This document shows, in pieces, positions 10,896 to 23,341 of a stretch of 64,000 nt of DNA; the stretch's first letter is position 1, and every line of letters begins with the position of its first letter. The notes below the pieces were generated by a model. That model made no database searches and was not told the DNA's origin. It saw nothing but the letters and a program-made list of their open reading frames with translations. The translations under genes and the position numbers were made by a program. The DNA is taken from NCBI GenBank assembly GCA_031835245.2, contig JAVKOQ020000011.1, positions 124,001 through 188,000 on the forward strand, in the 5' to 3' direction. The stretch is from Balamuthia mandrillaris (taxonomy: Eukaryota).

Positions 10896-13487
10896 ATGGA
10901 AGGCGGGCTGGTCGGCGTGGCCGCTCTTCAGATCGCTTGGCGGTTCCTGGCGGTGGGCACGCCGCCAACCTCTCCCCTTGTTGTTGTTGTGGGTTCGACC
11001 TCCCTGTGTTTGTGGCGGCTTAGCGGCATCGCGCTGTTGCTCCTTTGCTTGCTTTGCTTCCTTTTGCCATCGATCACAGCGAGAGAGAAGAAACGTTGTT
11101 GGAAACATTTCTTTCTTCTTCGGTTAAACTTTTTCTTTCCTTCTTCTCTTCTTTTTTTTTCTTGTTCTTTTTTAACACCACTGCCAAAAGGACAGATCAG
11201 AGAATGAAGGAGGAGGAGCAAATGCGGGCTCCAGTTTGGCTTTGGGAGTGATGCTGGTGCCCTTCATGTTGGCGGCTAAACTTTGGCTCGTCCGAGACTC
11301 CTCTTACGGTAGTGCCTTCTCTTCGGTCCGCTCGTGTGGTGGCGTTGTTGTTTGTCATTTTTGATGTTGAGCGTTACTTCTGTTTTATTCACTCACACAC
11401 TCTTTCTTTCTTGTCGTTTCCTTCCTTCCTTCCTTCCTTCCTTCCTTCCTTCCTTCCTTCCTTCCTTCCTTCCTTCCTTCCTTCCTTCCTTCCTTCCTTC
11501 CTTCCCCTTCCTTCCTTCCTTCCTTCCTTCCTTCCTTCCTTCCTTCCTTCCTTCCCCTTCCTTTTCCTTTCGTTGCAGATGTTGCTTTCTTTCTTTATTA
11601 TTTATGGGAGGGAATGTGCTGCGGGCTTTGTGCGTTGTTGTTGAGCTGTTGGGTTGGGATGTTTGGGCAAGGCCGGCATGGCAGCACTCGTTCCTCTCTT
11701 CGTGCTGTAACCGCATTGTTTTGTGTCTTGCCTGCTCCTATTCTTTCGCTTCTTATCACCTTTTTATTTCCCGGTATGTTCTCGTTTTTGTGTTTCTATC
11801 GTTCTCTCTTCCTCTTACTGACAAACTAACAAACCAAAAAGATACATCATTTCTGCTCAATTTTGGTACTCAATGTTTGTTCGTAATGAGCCTGACAACG
11901 TCGCTTCACTACTTGCCTCGATGCTTTACCTTTGCAGAGGCCACACTCCTTGCTTCTGCTTTTACTCTCTTCACATCAGATGCCTTCATCTACAGCTTTT
12001 CTCGTTTTTCTTTGTCTTCTTTTTTGGTAACTTATTCTCTGTTCTTTGCTTTCTTGTGTTTGCCTTTTATTTTCTCGTGTTTTAAACTATTACTTATTAA
12101 TTCCTATGCATTGAAGGTCGCGCCATTTCTATCAGTCAACCGAGATCCGATTCAACTTTTTCTCTTTGCATTAATTGTTGGGATGATGATTTGTGGACTG
12201 TTTGTTGTCCTCTTTCTTCGTTCCTACCTCCCTCTTCCTCCTTTTCCTTCTCCTGCATCCGCAAACGTTAAAGAGAATCACGCCAAAAGCGCTTCTGCTG
12301 CTCCTTCTTCATTGATTCATCGCAAGCCGAAAAGAAAAGAAAAGGAATTAAGCGAAGAACACAAAGAAAAACAGCCAGGGCTTTTTTCTCTTTTCTCTGA
12401 CAGCGGATGGTTCGTCAGTTTAGCCTTTTACTGCATCATCGTTGCTGTTGTGCTCAGTTTGATTTATCCGTGGTTGCATTTGATGTTAAATGACAACCCT
12501 TTTCTTTGGTATTGCTTTCTCTTTCCTCTTTGCTTGCATTCCTTTCAACTTACTAAAGCACCAAAACAGGACGATAGAATGGCTGATATCAGATGACAGA
12601 GTATTTGCATTGTGCGTCTATTGGGCATCCGTGTTAGTGGTGTCGTTACTGCTGATCGCTTTTCTTGACGCTCGCTTCCGAGATGCGGTTCCCAAAATCA
12701 TAGTTCGGAAGTATTATCATCTCCTCACCATCATCATGTTCGTTCCTGGAATTTTCTATCAGGTTTCTCTTCTTTCCTGTATACCGTTCTGTCTCTAGCA
12801 TCTAATTGGATTTTCCCAATCTCTGTTATAGATGGATTTCTTGCGCTTGGCGTTTGGGGTAGCTTTAAGTGCGCTTCTCTTGATCGAATATATTCGAAAA
12901 GCTCATATCAGACCGTTCGGAACGTACATCCATCAATTCATGCATTCCTTCATCGATAGTAGAGATTTGGGCTTCTTCTTCTTAACTCACATTCATCTCT
13001 TGCTCGGATGTGCCATTCCCGTTTGGTTCTTTTCTTCTCCTCTTTCTTACCCTCCGCCTCCCACGTCCTTCTATCGCTTGTTGCCTTTTGTTGGAGTGTT
13101 AATTGTTGGAATTGGCGATTCTTTGGCTTCGTTGGTGGGACGTTGTTTTGGTAGCTGCAAGTGGCCACGAACGAAGAAGACGGTGGAAGGCACTGCCAGT
13201 GCTGTGGTAGGCGTGTTGTTATGTTCAGCGGTGTTGTTGTGGTGGATGGATGTTGGTCTGTTTGATTTCTATCAGGTAATTTGCTTTCTGGTTCTTCTTT
13301 CCTCCACCTCTCTCTTCTTGCTTTCTTTCTTTCCAATACTCTTTTTTTAAAAACAAAAAAACAACAATAGTGGAGAGGACTTGTATGGGCGACTACAAGT
13401 GCGTGTTTGTTGGAAGCATTCACGTTACAGATAGATAATCTCGTTCTCCCGATGTACTTTTTCTCCGTTTTGGTTTTCTCTCTCTGA
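10896..13487 (+). CDS. DOLK: Dolichol kinase (Sec59 family)
   Basis: FTFAEA, RKYYHLL, DSRDLG..LTHIHLLLGCAIPVW, GIGDSLASLVG..FG..KWPRTKKTVEGT, LLEAFTLQIDNLVLP. Confidence 0.92.
11419..11560. repeat. (CTTC)n intronic microsatellite
   Basis: Directly visible. Confidence 0.9.
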
Positions 13488-13627
13488 AAACGCGCATGTT
13501 TTTTCTTCTCATTTTTCTCTCATAAATTATGTTCAAATGAACCCTAAAATGCTGCAATTATTCGGTCATCAATGAACTAGTTTGTAGAAGAGCTCAACGA
13601 AGATAACTACAGTAACACACTTACAGT

Positions 13628-14056
13628 ATGTCCCTTTCATTCTGGTTCTTCTTCCTTTTTGTTGCACTAGGAAATGTGGCACCACAGGCCGGAGGCGCTC
13701 CTATTCCCGAGTTTTATCGTTTGGAGGACAATCCTTTTCTCCTCCAAACGAACAACCTTCAGATACGGATGCAGTCCCAACCGAAACCTTCTCCCAACTT
13801 CCTGCTTGTTCCTGTAAACCCTAACAACGGCCGTGTAATGGAGGAGTATTGGTTGCTCTTTGAGATCTTGACCACCACCATTAAAGAGCTGGGACTGACT
13901 TTTCCTTGGGATGTGCTGTACGATTGGACTTTTGAGAAGGAGGAAACGGAAGAATTGGAGCAGTGGAAGCTTGCCGCCTTTGCGGTACCTACTTCCCCGG
14001 TCTACATAAACCACACCATCACAAAAACAAACGTTACTTTTAATTTCTTGTACGTT

Positions 14057-14097
<41 letters not shown>

Positions 14098-14928
14098 CCT
14101 CCCTCCCCCCTCCCTCACTCTCTCTCCCTCTCCCTCTCTCCCTCCCTCTCTCCCTCTCATCTCGCCTTCACCCCTCTTCTCTTGCTTATCGCCATTCTTT
14201 CTCTCCATTTCTCCTCTAATATGTATGAACAAATAGGGATAGAGAGATATCATATCCTCGCGACACATTCAAGTACAGTTTGCACTCGTTGAACTTTACT
14301 GTACCCCCGGAGCAAAGAGGAAAGACTTTATTGGAGAGGTTTAGGCTATCCTTGTCCCATCCTGCCATCAACGGGACTGCTTCTTATCGGCAGCTGGAGA
14401 ACTTTCAAGAGTATTTTGAGATAGACACAGGCTTCTTCAAGGCTACTTACACATCGGTTGGTTTTGTGTTCGTCTTATTGATTATCGTCTCCTTCAAGTC
14501 TCTCTCTCTCTCTCTCTCTCTCACATCAAAATTGGTGTTCAATACGCTGACCGCTTTCGCCTGCCTAGCTGAACTTCTCGGTGAACAACGGAGAGATCTC
14601 TCCGGTACGTCACCTCTTCCCATGGGAGCCAATCCTCAACTCCCAAAACGACACGATCGGCTTCTTCATGACCGCCGAAGTGATGCTCGCCGAAGACATC
14701 GAGTACGATCCTTCCATCTCGGTGATCGTCAATGACGGATACGAAGATCCCAACGCCAAAGAAGAAGAGAACGAGGATGATAAAACGACACGCATTCTCA
14801 TCTATGTGTTTGTGCCTCTCGCTGTGGTGCTCGTGGTGGTAGTTATCGTCGTGACGACGGTTGTTCTGAGGATCAGAGCCAAGAGAGACCAACTAGGGAG
14901 AGAAACCAGCTCTGGCGTTAACTTTTGA
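13628..14928 (+). CDS. Type I membrane/surface protein, paralog 1 (signal peptide, YDPSISVIV motif, C-terminal TM); 3 exons
   Basis: Hydrophobic N-terminus, two GT-AG introns, TM ILIYVFVPLAVVLVVVVIVV followed by basic residues; clearly homologous to 15107-16305. Confidence 0.75.
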
Positions 14929-15106
14929 CCTGACGATCATGCTCCCGAAACCTTGCTAACGTTGTTCTAAGAACGAATAATTATTAATGATAAACGAATT
15001 ATACTATTTATTCATTATAATAAACAGTAACCTTTAGGATACGAACCACGGGGACCAAGGAGAAGAAGAAAGCTTCGGACCAAGGAGAAGAAGAAAGCTG
15101 CGGACC

Positions 15107-15911
15107 ATGTTGCTGTTGCTCTGTTTGTTGATGCTGGCAAGCCAAGTCGCTGTGCTGAACGCACAAGGAGGCGCTCCAATGCCGGAGAATTACCGTCTGG
15201 AAGACGATCCATTCATTCTTCAGACCAGCAACGCCCAAATACGAATGCGGTCCCAGCCCAGCCCTTCTCCCGACTTTCTGCTCCTTCCCATCAGCCCAAA
15301 CAGCGGCCAAGTGTTGGAGCAATATTGGGTGCACTTCCAGGTGTGGAGAACCACCGTTCCGGACTTGGGGCTCGTGCTTTATTGGGATGACGCGGACAAC
15401 TGGAATGTTGAAAAGGGAGAAACGGAAGAGCTGGAGCAGTGGAGTTTCATGGTCCTCAATAGCTTCGACTCTCGTGTCTATGTTAACCATGCCATTACCA
15501 AAACAAACGTCACCTTTCAATTCGGGTACTTCCTTTCCTCTGTTTGGCTTTCAGTTCTTCTCCTTCTTCTTCTTCTTTTCCCTCGCTTCGCAACTTTCTG
15601 ATCATAGCTCACAAAAAACATACTACAAAAAAACAAAATAGGGATAGAGAGGTATCATACCCGAGCGACACATTCAAGTTCACTGTGGGCTCTGCGAATA
15701 TGACTGTTTTTCCTGTGGACCAAGACCTCCTCTATTTGGAGCAATACAAGCTCATATCATCTCATCCTGTCACCAACGGAACAGCTTCTCATGGTTATTT
15801 GCCCAACTACCAAGAAGTCTTTGACGTCGAAACAGCCTTCTTCAAGTTCTCTTACACAGCCGTTCGTTTTCTTTTCCTTCTTCTTGTGCTTCTTTCTTCT
15901 TCCTTCTTCCT

Positions 15912-15947
<36 letters not shown>

Positions 15948-16305
15948 TTCTTTGCAGCTAAACTTCTCGTTGAGCGATGGAGAAATCTCTGCGGTGGACC
16001 TCTCCACCCCATGGGAACCCATCCTGAATGAGAAGAACGAAACCACGGGCTTCATCATCACTTCACAGTTCAGCGTGGCGCAGGACATCATTTACGACCC
16101 TTCTCTTTCCATCTTGGTCACCGGCGATGGCCCCGAAGAGGAGGAGGAGGAGAGGGACGATGACTGGGAAACAACACGCATCCTCATCGCTGTGTTTGTC
16201 TCCCTTTCCGTGGTCTTGGTCTTGCTCACCATCGTCGGGACGGTCTTCTTCCTGAGAATGAGAGCCAAGAGAAAGATCAACCAAGAGGAGTCAGTGAACT
16301 ACTGA
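15107..16305 (+). CDS. Type I membrane/surface protein, paralog 2; 3 exons
   Basis: MLLLLCLLMLASQVAVLNA signal, same intron positions as paralog 1, YDPSLSILV + TM. Confidence 0.75.
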
Positions 16306-16392
16306 AAGCTCCACGAAACCACCAAAATGTAATTCTTAGCAGCAGCACTTTTTATACAACCATTTTTTGTTTGCTTGTGCAAAAGTGGTGGC

Positions 16393-17178
16393 TCAGCGGC
16401 CCCACCAAGAGAGGCCCACATGGAGATGTTCACAGAAGGAAGGGTCCTTGAAGGTGATCTCGTAGGTGGCGGAAGTGTTGAGGTACTCCTCCGTCTCTTC
16501 GTCGTTCTCGTAGTCCACATTCACTTCTTTTACCTCCTGTTTGTTTGCACAATATTTTTTCAAAAAAAACACAGTTGATGAGAGGGGAAAGAAAAGCAAA
16601 GAGAGAAGAGAGAGGGGAAAGAAAAGCGAAGGGAAGGGAGAAGAGGAGCACACCTCGATGAAAGGTTCGAAAAAGGAGTGGGGATAGTCATAGTGAGAAA
16701 TCATTTCAGGACCCTCGCTGGCATTCTTGCTGGTGACCGTCATCTTCACCCCGTTGAAATGCACCTCGTTCAGGGCGGCAATGGCCCGCTGCGCCTCCTC
16801 CACGTTGGCAAAGGACACGCTAACTTCCGAGGGTTGCCCCTCGCCACCGCCCGAATGTAGGCCGAAAGTGTCAGCACAGCCGAAAGGTTCAGCGAGCTTG
16901 ATCAAGTCCTCCAAGCCGCCGTTGAAGTTCTTGATGAGAACGTCCCCGTTGGGCTGCCGCCAGGTGGGGTGGTTGGTCAGCGGGCAGCTGGGCACCCGCT
17001 TCTTGCCCACACATTTGAACGCCCCTGCGTCCAGCTCCGCGACGGCAGAGACCCAGAAGCCCTTGGCCTCCAAATCCTCTCCAGCAGGGGCTAAGCCCAT
17101 GCACTCTGCCGACTTGTACTGGATGAGCACCACCTTGCCGTTCTTCTGCAGCACCGTATACAAGTAGAGATCCGGCAT
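16393..17178 (-). CDS. Uncharacterised protein with an internal RRM-like domain, copy 1; 2 exons
   Basis: DVLIKNF..LEDLIKLAEPFG..VSVSFANVEEAQRAIAALNEVHFNGVKMTV resembles an RRM; ATG at 17178; intron about 16538-16651. Confidence 0.65.
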   Translation of the reverse strand: MPDLYLYTVLQKNGKVVLIQYKSAECMGLAPAGEDLEAKGFWVSAVAELDAGAFKCVGKKRVPSCPLTNHPTWRQPNGDVLIKNFNGGLEDLIKLAEPFGCADTFGLHSGGGEGQPSEVSVSFANVEEAQRAIAALNEVHFNGVKMTVTSKNASEGPEMISHYDYPHSFFEPFIEVCSSSPFPSLFFPLSLLSLLFFPLSSTVFFLKKYCANKQEVKEVNVDYENDEETEEYLNTSATYEITFKDPSFCEHLHVGLSWWGR

Positions 17179-17517
17179 GGTTGTGTTCGTTGTGGTAACG
17201 CTGGCCTCTGCGTATGCGGTAACCTTTGAAAAGGGCGTTAACAAATTTATTCTTGGAATTTTTTTGATTCCGTGATGTCTGCAAAAAAAATGGCGAAGGA
17301 GGTGCAGTTCACGTCGACGCGGCGTGTAGGAAGTTCGGCCCACGCTGCATGCAATGGTAATTTTGGGGGAGGCTTTGCAAGTGCGTTTGTAGACGCGTTC
17401 TTTCTTCTTGTCTCTCTCTCTCTCTATCTCTTTCTCTATGTTTTGTTCTGTTTCATCCATTCTTGCCGTGTTTGTTTTAAAATTCTTTTTTTTATTTTTT
17501 ATCACAAACCAATTTAA

Positions 17518-17605
17518 CAGCCAAGCACTCTTCCGACTTGTGCTGATTGAGCACCACCTTGCCGTCCTTCTTCAGCACTTTGTAAAAGTAGATGTCCGTC
17601 CCCAT
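17518..17605 (-). pseudogene. Truncated relic of the RRM-protein gene 5' end (MGTDIYFYKVLKKDGKVVL...)
   Basis: Near match to 20690-20762, then homology stops. Confidence 0.7.
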
Positions 17606-18394
17606 GGTTTGTTGTTTGCCACAAACAAAGAATACGACGAGAAGCTCGCACCTTCTTTTATTTTCTTGGATGTTAGTACATTTTTCTATCCTTTCGTGCT
17701 CTCAACAGGCAAAGTCAGCTATTTTTTGTGTCCAGGATTTGAAGAGCTCAATGTTGTCCCAGTACTGTCAAATTGTGAGAGGAATCTCCTAAAAATCATG
17801 TTGGACAGAGGACAATATGGTCCCCTCCCAAATTGGCTGGAGTGTTGCAGTGATGAAACGTATGGAAGGCATCATCAAAGATTTTCCTCGCGTACCGTCC
17901 ATCCTTCCACCTTGCGAAGTCTGTATACAGAGCGATAACAGGGAACTTAACCACACACAGCACACTCGCACTACTAGTTCTGCGCACTCTGCCCCACACC
18001 TTCCAACATGGAGGACATGCGCAAAGACATCAGAAAGACAGACTTAGAGAGATGAGAGTAGTCGGACTAAAAAGAAAATGGTGGAAGAACCAAGAAAAAA
18101 ATGGCGAATGGGGTTCATGATGAGAGGGATGCTGAGGGTACAGAACGCGACCCACTCACAGCACATTCTGTACCTCCAAGAAGAGCTACTGTTCTTGGGA
18201 GCCAAGAGCCACACCCTGAACAACAGGGGACCACAACACGTGTTCCTTTTTCTTGACTATTAATTGCTTATTTGATAATCATTATCTTCCTTTCGGGTTG
18301 AATAACTTCATTACAATCAACAGTTTCCTTTAGGATACGAAGCACGCGAGGAAGAAAGCTGCAAAGCCAGCAAGGAAGAAAAAGGGACCCAGCC

Positions 18395-19495
18395 ATGTTG
18401 CTGTTGCTCTGTTTGTTGATGCTGGCAAGCCAAGTCGCTGTGCTGAACGCACAAGGAGGCGCTCCAATGCCGGAGAATTACCGTCTGGAAGATGAGCCAT
18501 TCATTCTTCAGACCAGCAACGCCCAAATACGAATGCGGTCCCAGCCCAGCCCTTCTCCCAACTTTCTGCTCCTTCCCATCAGCCCAAACAGCGGCCAAGT
18601 GTTGGAGCAATATTGGGTGCACTTCCAGGTGTGGAGAACCACTGTTCCGGACTTGGGGCTTATAAGAACACGCAATGATTATCTTATCTCTCATCTTTAT
18701 TCTCCCGAAGTTGCTCTCACCTCTTTCCCGCCAAATCACAGTTACGGAGATTTAGACTTGAGAAATATTCTAGAACCACGAACACACATAAATAGAGTTC
18801 CTATGTATCCGCACACACCCGCCGGAAACCGACACACACAACACACACACGTATACACACACTTTGTACTGCACTCTTACTCTTAATACAGTGTTCTTAG
18901 TGATACTTCCGCATATCTGCGCCTTTCCTATTTAATAGGGCTCGTTTTTTATTGGGATGACGCGGACAACTGGAATGTTGAGAAACGGAAGAGCTGGAGC
19001 AGTGGAGTTTCATGACCCTCAATGGCGACTCTCGTGCCTATGTTAACCATACAGTCACCAAAACAAACGTCACCTTTCAATTCGGGTACTTCCTTTCCTC
19101 TTGTTGTCATTTAGTTCTTCTTCTTCTTCTTCTTCTTCTTCTTCTTCTTCTTCTTCTTCTTCTTCTTTTCCCTCGCTTCCTTATTCCTTGATCACAGCAA
19201 ACCGAAAAACATACCACAAAAATAGGGATAGAGAGGTATCATACCCGAGCGACACATTCAAGTTCACTGTGGGCTCTGCGAATATGACTGTTTTTCCTGT
19301 GGACCAAGACCTCCTCTATTTGGAGCAATACAAGCTCATATCATCTCATCCTGTCACCAACGGAACAGCTTCTCATGGTTATTTGCCCAACTACCAAGAA
19401 GTCTTTGACGTCGAAACAGCCTTCTTCAAGTTCTCTTACACAGCCGTTCGTTTTCTTTTCCTTCTTCTTGTGCTTCTTTCTTCTTCCTTCTTCCT

Positions 19496-19531
<36 letters not shown>

Positions 19532-19889
19532 TTCTTTGCAGCTAAACTTCTCGTTGAGCGATGGAGAAATCTCTGCGGTGGACCTCTCCACCCCATGGGA
19601 ACCCATCCTGAATGAGAAGAACGAAACCACGGGCTTCATCATCACTTCACAGTTCAGCGTGGCGCAGGACATCATTTACGACCCTTCTCTTTCCATCTTG
19701 GTCACCGGCGATGGCCCCGAAGAGGAGGAGGAGGAGAGGGACGATGACTGGGAAACAACACGCATCCTCATCGCTGTGTTTGTCTCCCTTTCCGTGGTCT
19801 TGGTCTTGCTCACCATCGTCGGGACGGTCTTCTTCCTGAGAATGAGAGCCAAGAGAAAGATCAACCAAGAGGAGTCAGTGAACTACTGA
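18395..19889 (+). pseudogene. Type I membrane protein paralog 3, disrupted duplicate of 15107-16305
   Basis: Near identical to paralog 2, but exon 1 carries a 277-bp insertion and a 7-bp deletion (gttgagaaacgg versus gttgaaaagggagaaacgg). Confidence 0.8.
18661..18937. mobile_element. 277-bp insertion with 5-bp target-site duplication GGGCT (solo-LTR-like or small non-autonomous element)
   Basis: Absent from paralog 2 (gacttggggctcgtg). GGGCT flanks it at 18656-18660 and 18938-18942; termini TAT...ATA. Confidence 0.75.
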
Positions 19890-19994
19890 AAGCTCCACGA
19901 AACCACGAAAAATGTGATGTAATTCTAAGCAGCAGCACTTTGTTGAAACCAAAAAAAAAATGATCATTGTTTTGCTTGTGCAAAAAGTGGTGGC

Positions 19995-20762
19995 TCAGCG
20001 GCCCCACCAAGAGAGACCCACATGGAGATGTTCACAGAAGGAAGGGTCCTTGAAGGTGATCTCGTAGGTGGCGGAAGTGTTGAGGTACTCCTCCGTCTCT
20101 TCATCGTTCTCGTAGTCCACATTCACTTCTTTTACCTCCTGTTTGTTTATTTTTTTAACGGCGGTGGTAGGAAGTAATGTGAAAAACTCGCAAGGAGAGA
20201 GAGGGGAGGGAAAAGCAAAGAGAGAAGAGGAGCACACCTCGATGAAAGGTTCGAAAAAGGAGTGGGGATAGTCATAGTGAGAAATCCATTCAGGACCCTC
20301 GTTGGCATTCTTGCTGATGACTGTCATCTTCACCCCGTTGAAATCCACATCGTTCAGGGCGGCAATGGCCCGCTGCGCCTCCTCCGCGTTGGCAAAGGAC
20401 ACGTTCGCTTCGGAGGGTTGCCCCTCGCCACCGCCCGACATGCCATAGCAGCCAACACGGCCAAAAGGCTTGGTGAGCTTCTCCAGGTCCTCCATGCTGC
20501 CATTGAAGTTCTTTATGAGGATGTCCCCGTTGGGCTGCCGCCAGATGGGGTGGTTGGTCAGCGGGCAGCTGGGCACCCGCTTATGGCTCACCCACTTGAA
20601 GGCTCCCGCGTCTTGCTCCGCGACGGCAGAGACCCAGAACGCCTTGGCCTCGGAGTCTTTTCCAGAGGGTGCCAAACCCATGGATTGCCCGGACTTGTAC
20701 TTGATGAGCACCACCTTGCCGTCCCTCTTCAGCACCTTGTAAAAGTAGATATCCGTCCCCAT
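19995..20762 (-). CDS. Uncharacterised protein with an internal RRM-like domain, copy 2; 2 exons
   Basis: Paralog of 16393-17178; the last exon encodes the identical peptide. Confidence 0.65.
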   Translation of the reverse strand: MGTDIYFYKVLKRDGKVVLIKYKSGQSMGLAPSGKDSEAKAFWVSAVAEQDAGAFKWVSHKRVPSCPLTNHPIWRQPNGDILIKNFNGSMEDLEKLTKPFGRVGCYGMSGGGEGQPSEANVSFANAEEAQRAIAALNDVDFNGVKMTVISKNANEGPEWISHYDYPHSFFEPFIEVCSSSLFAFPSPLSPCEFFTLLPTTAVKKINKQEVKEVNVDYENDEETEEYLNTSATYEITFKDPSFCEHLHVGLSWWGR

Positions 20763-21039
20763 GTTTTGTGTTGTTTGCTTGCGTAAGTACTGCAGCCCAA
20801 AAAAAAAGGCCGTGCAGCGTGGTCTTTTATTTGCACTATATTAATTCATAATATAAATAACAAAAATTTTCCAAGAACAAATTTGGCCTTCCCACCCCTC
20901 GCGCGAACACATTCTTTACATTTTCTGTCTACAAAAAAAGAAACAACAGAAGGAAAAAAGAAAGAAGGCAAAAGGGGGGAAAGCTGCTGCTCCGCCAGGA
21001 AGAAAAAACAAACAAAATCCACTTTCGGTCTGTTCCAAG

Positions 21040-21430
21040 ATGCATCTGATGTACTACCTCGATGAGAACGGCAAGCGCGTTTATACGTTGAAGGTTCGTT
21101 CTTTTTGAAACGTTCTGGTTGTGAATCATTGTTTTTTGAGAAGGAAAATACAAAAACGGAACGAAATAAACTGAAACAGATTCCTCTCTCTTCACATTCA
21201 ACAACAGAAAATTGCTCCTGATGGCCGCCCTACCATGTCCGCTCATCCCGGTACGCTCCGTTTTTTATAAAACGAAAGGAAGAAAAAACATGCCACTGAC
21301 CTCTATTTCTTGTTTTTTTTTAAACAATCAAGCCCGGTTCTCTCCCGATGACAAGTATTCTCGTCACAGAGTCACTCTGAAGCGCCGATTCGGTCTTCTT
21401 CCGACACAGAGGCCACCCGAAGAGTACTAA
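21040..21430 (+). CDS. NOP10: H/ACA RNP subunit Nop10; 3 exons
   Basis: Splices to [58 protein letters not shown]. Confidence 0.95.
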
Positions 21431-21592
21431 AAAAAGCGTTTTTGTTGTTGTTGCGGCCGATTTGGTTCTTTCTTTTAACAAAACGGTTTCCCCCCTTTTT
21501 CTTCGTTTTCTTTCTGCTTCTTCTTGTTCATGTTCTTCTTCACGTTGTTGTTATTCTTCTGCTTCTGCTTCCCACTTCTTTTTTTTTGGGGA

Positions 21593-22299
21593 TCAACTCA
21601 CTTGGTTTGTTGTTGCCGTTCGAAGACGTAACGTGGCGCAGAGGCCGAGGTGGTCGGAGATGTAAGGGTATTGCTTGGCCCCTGCCACCTCCTCCTTGGC
21701 CACCAACTTTATCTCTTCCACCCGCCACCTTTGCTCCTCCACTTCTCCTTCTAGCGATTCGTTCAACAAGTGGTGAGAGAGCAACCAAGAAAAAGAGAAC
21801 AGGGAGAGAGAGACATAGCGAGAGAAGAAGAAGAAGAAGAAGAAGAACGAACAAGAAGAAGAAGAAGAAGAAGAAGAAGCAGAAGAAGAACAAGAAGAAG
21901 AAGAACCTTCTTTGTGCTCATACAGCGTAATGCGGTCAAGGCGCTCACGCACGCCACGTCTGGTCCAGCCATTGCCATCCTCATCCTCATCGTCCTCGAT
22001 GGCTTGGTTGCTGTTGCGTTCCAACCACAGGTCTCGAAAGCCATCCGATGCAACGCTTGCATCGTCTTCGCTCGGTTGGCAGGCATTAAAGTCTCCCATC
22101 ATGAAGCACGCGGCCAACCTTCTCGCCCCTTCTTCTCTGTCGTCGTCCGCGTGAGACGAGGAAGCAGAAGACCGGAAGAAGAAGGAGGAGAGGGAGGTGG
22201 TGCGAAGCAACAACAAGTCATGAAGGAAACGAATCTGTTGAGCTCTCTTCGTGGCGTTGTTGCCACTCGTTAGATGCACTGTCACGGGATGTGGTTAGC

Positions 22300-22349
<50 letters not shown>

Positions 22350-23176
22350 GGATGAACCTGAAGCAAAAGTGAGGTAAGTTATGTCTTGCGATGAGGAGGA
22401 GGAAGAAGGAGGAGGGGAGGAGAACGGCACAAGCCCTATCAAAGCGGGTCGACCGCAAGCGTCCACCAGGCGAAGCGACGCGAAGGGAAAGCGGGAGAGC
22501 AAGGAGACCTTGAAGCCCTTCTCCTGCCCCTCCAGCCCGGAGAGGAAGTAGCCCCTCTCCCGGAGGAAAGCGCTCCGCTTGAGGAGGTCGTAGTGCCCCA
22601 CCATGTTCTCCTGCAGGGCGATCACGTGGGGCTGCTCTCGCTCCAGGAGGCGAAGCAGGGCGTTCATGCGCAGCGACAGATCGAGGGACTCTTTCATGAT
22701 GTTGAGCGTCAATAATTTGAGCGTGGAGGGTAACGGAGGGGGAGCGAGGTCGAGAGGAGAGGTGGAGGAGGGGGACGTTAAATCTACCGTCTGTGTTCCT
22801 CGAGAAGCGTCATCCGATCAGATCAACTCAACAAACAAAAGAACAAGAAGTACATCAACGAAAACAGACCAACCACGAGGAAGACGAAGGGTCGAAGCGA
22901 AGCATGGAGACGGGGACCACTTCATCCTTGCCCGTGCCTTTGAGGCGTGCTCTTTGTGCGGCCAGTGCTTCCAACATGCTCTGCCCGCCTTACCTCTATT
23001 ATATATGCCTAAGTTTTTTTTGTCCACTTGAGAGGGAAGAAAAGAAAAGAAACGAAAGAAAGCAAACGAGCTACTTGTTGTTTTTGTTCTTCTTTCGCTT
23101 CTCCTTCTTCTGCTTTTTCTTCAAAGCACTTGAGAGTTCCGTTGAGATCGTTCACAGAAAGAGGAATGGTAGATTC

Positions 23177-23221
<45 letters not shown>

Positions 23222-23341
23222 AGCTCTGCCCGTTGCAGGTGATTTGCAGCTCGTTCCTATCTATCATGTTAGAGAGAAAGGGAGAAAGAGAGAAGAAAGA
23301 GAAAAGAGTGGAAGACGGGAAGAAGAATCACCTCGTACCAT
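21593..23341 (-). CDS. Endonuclease/exonuclease/phosphatase (EEP) protein, TDP2-like; 5' end uncertain
   Basis: LLTLNI, PHVIALQE, LLSRFP, TVHL, MGDFN, RLDRI and ISDH motifs in order. Confidence 0.75.

Larger units (their letters stand above)
15023..20762. repeat. Direct segmental duplication: about 15023-17178 versus about 18319-20762
   Basis: Same two convergent genes in the same order, with long identical stretches. Confidence 0.9.
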
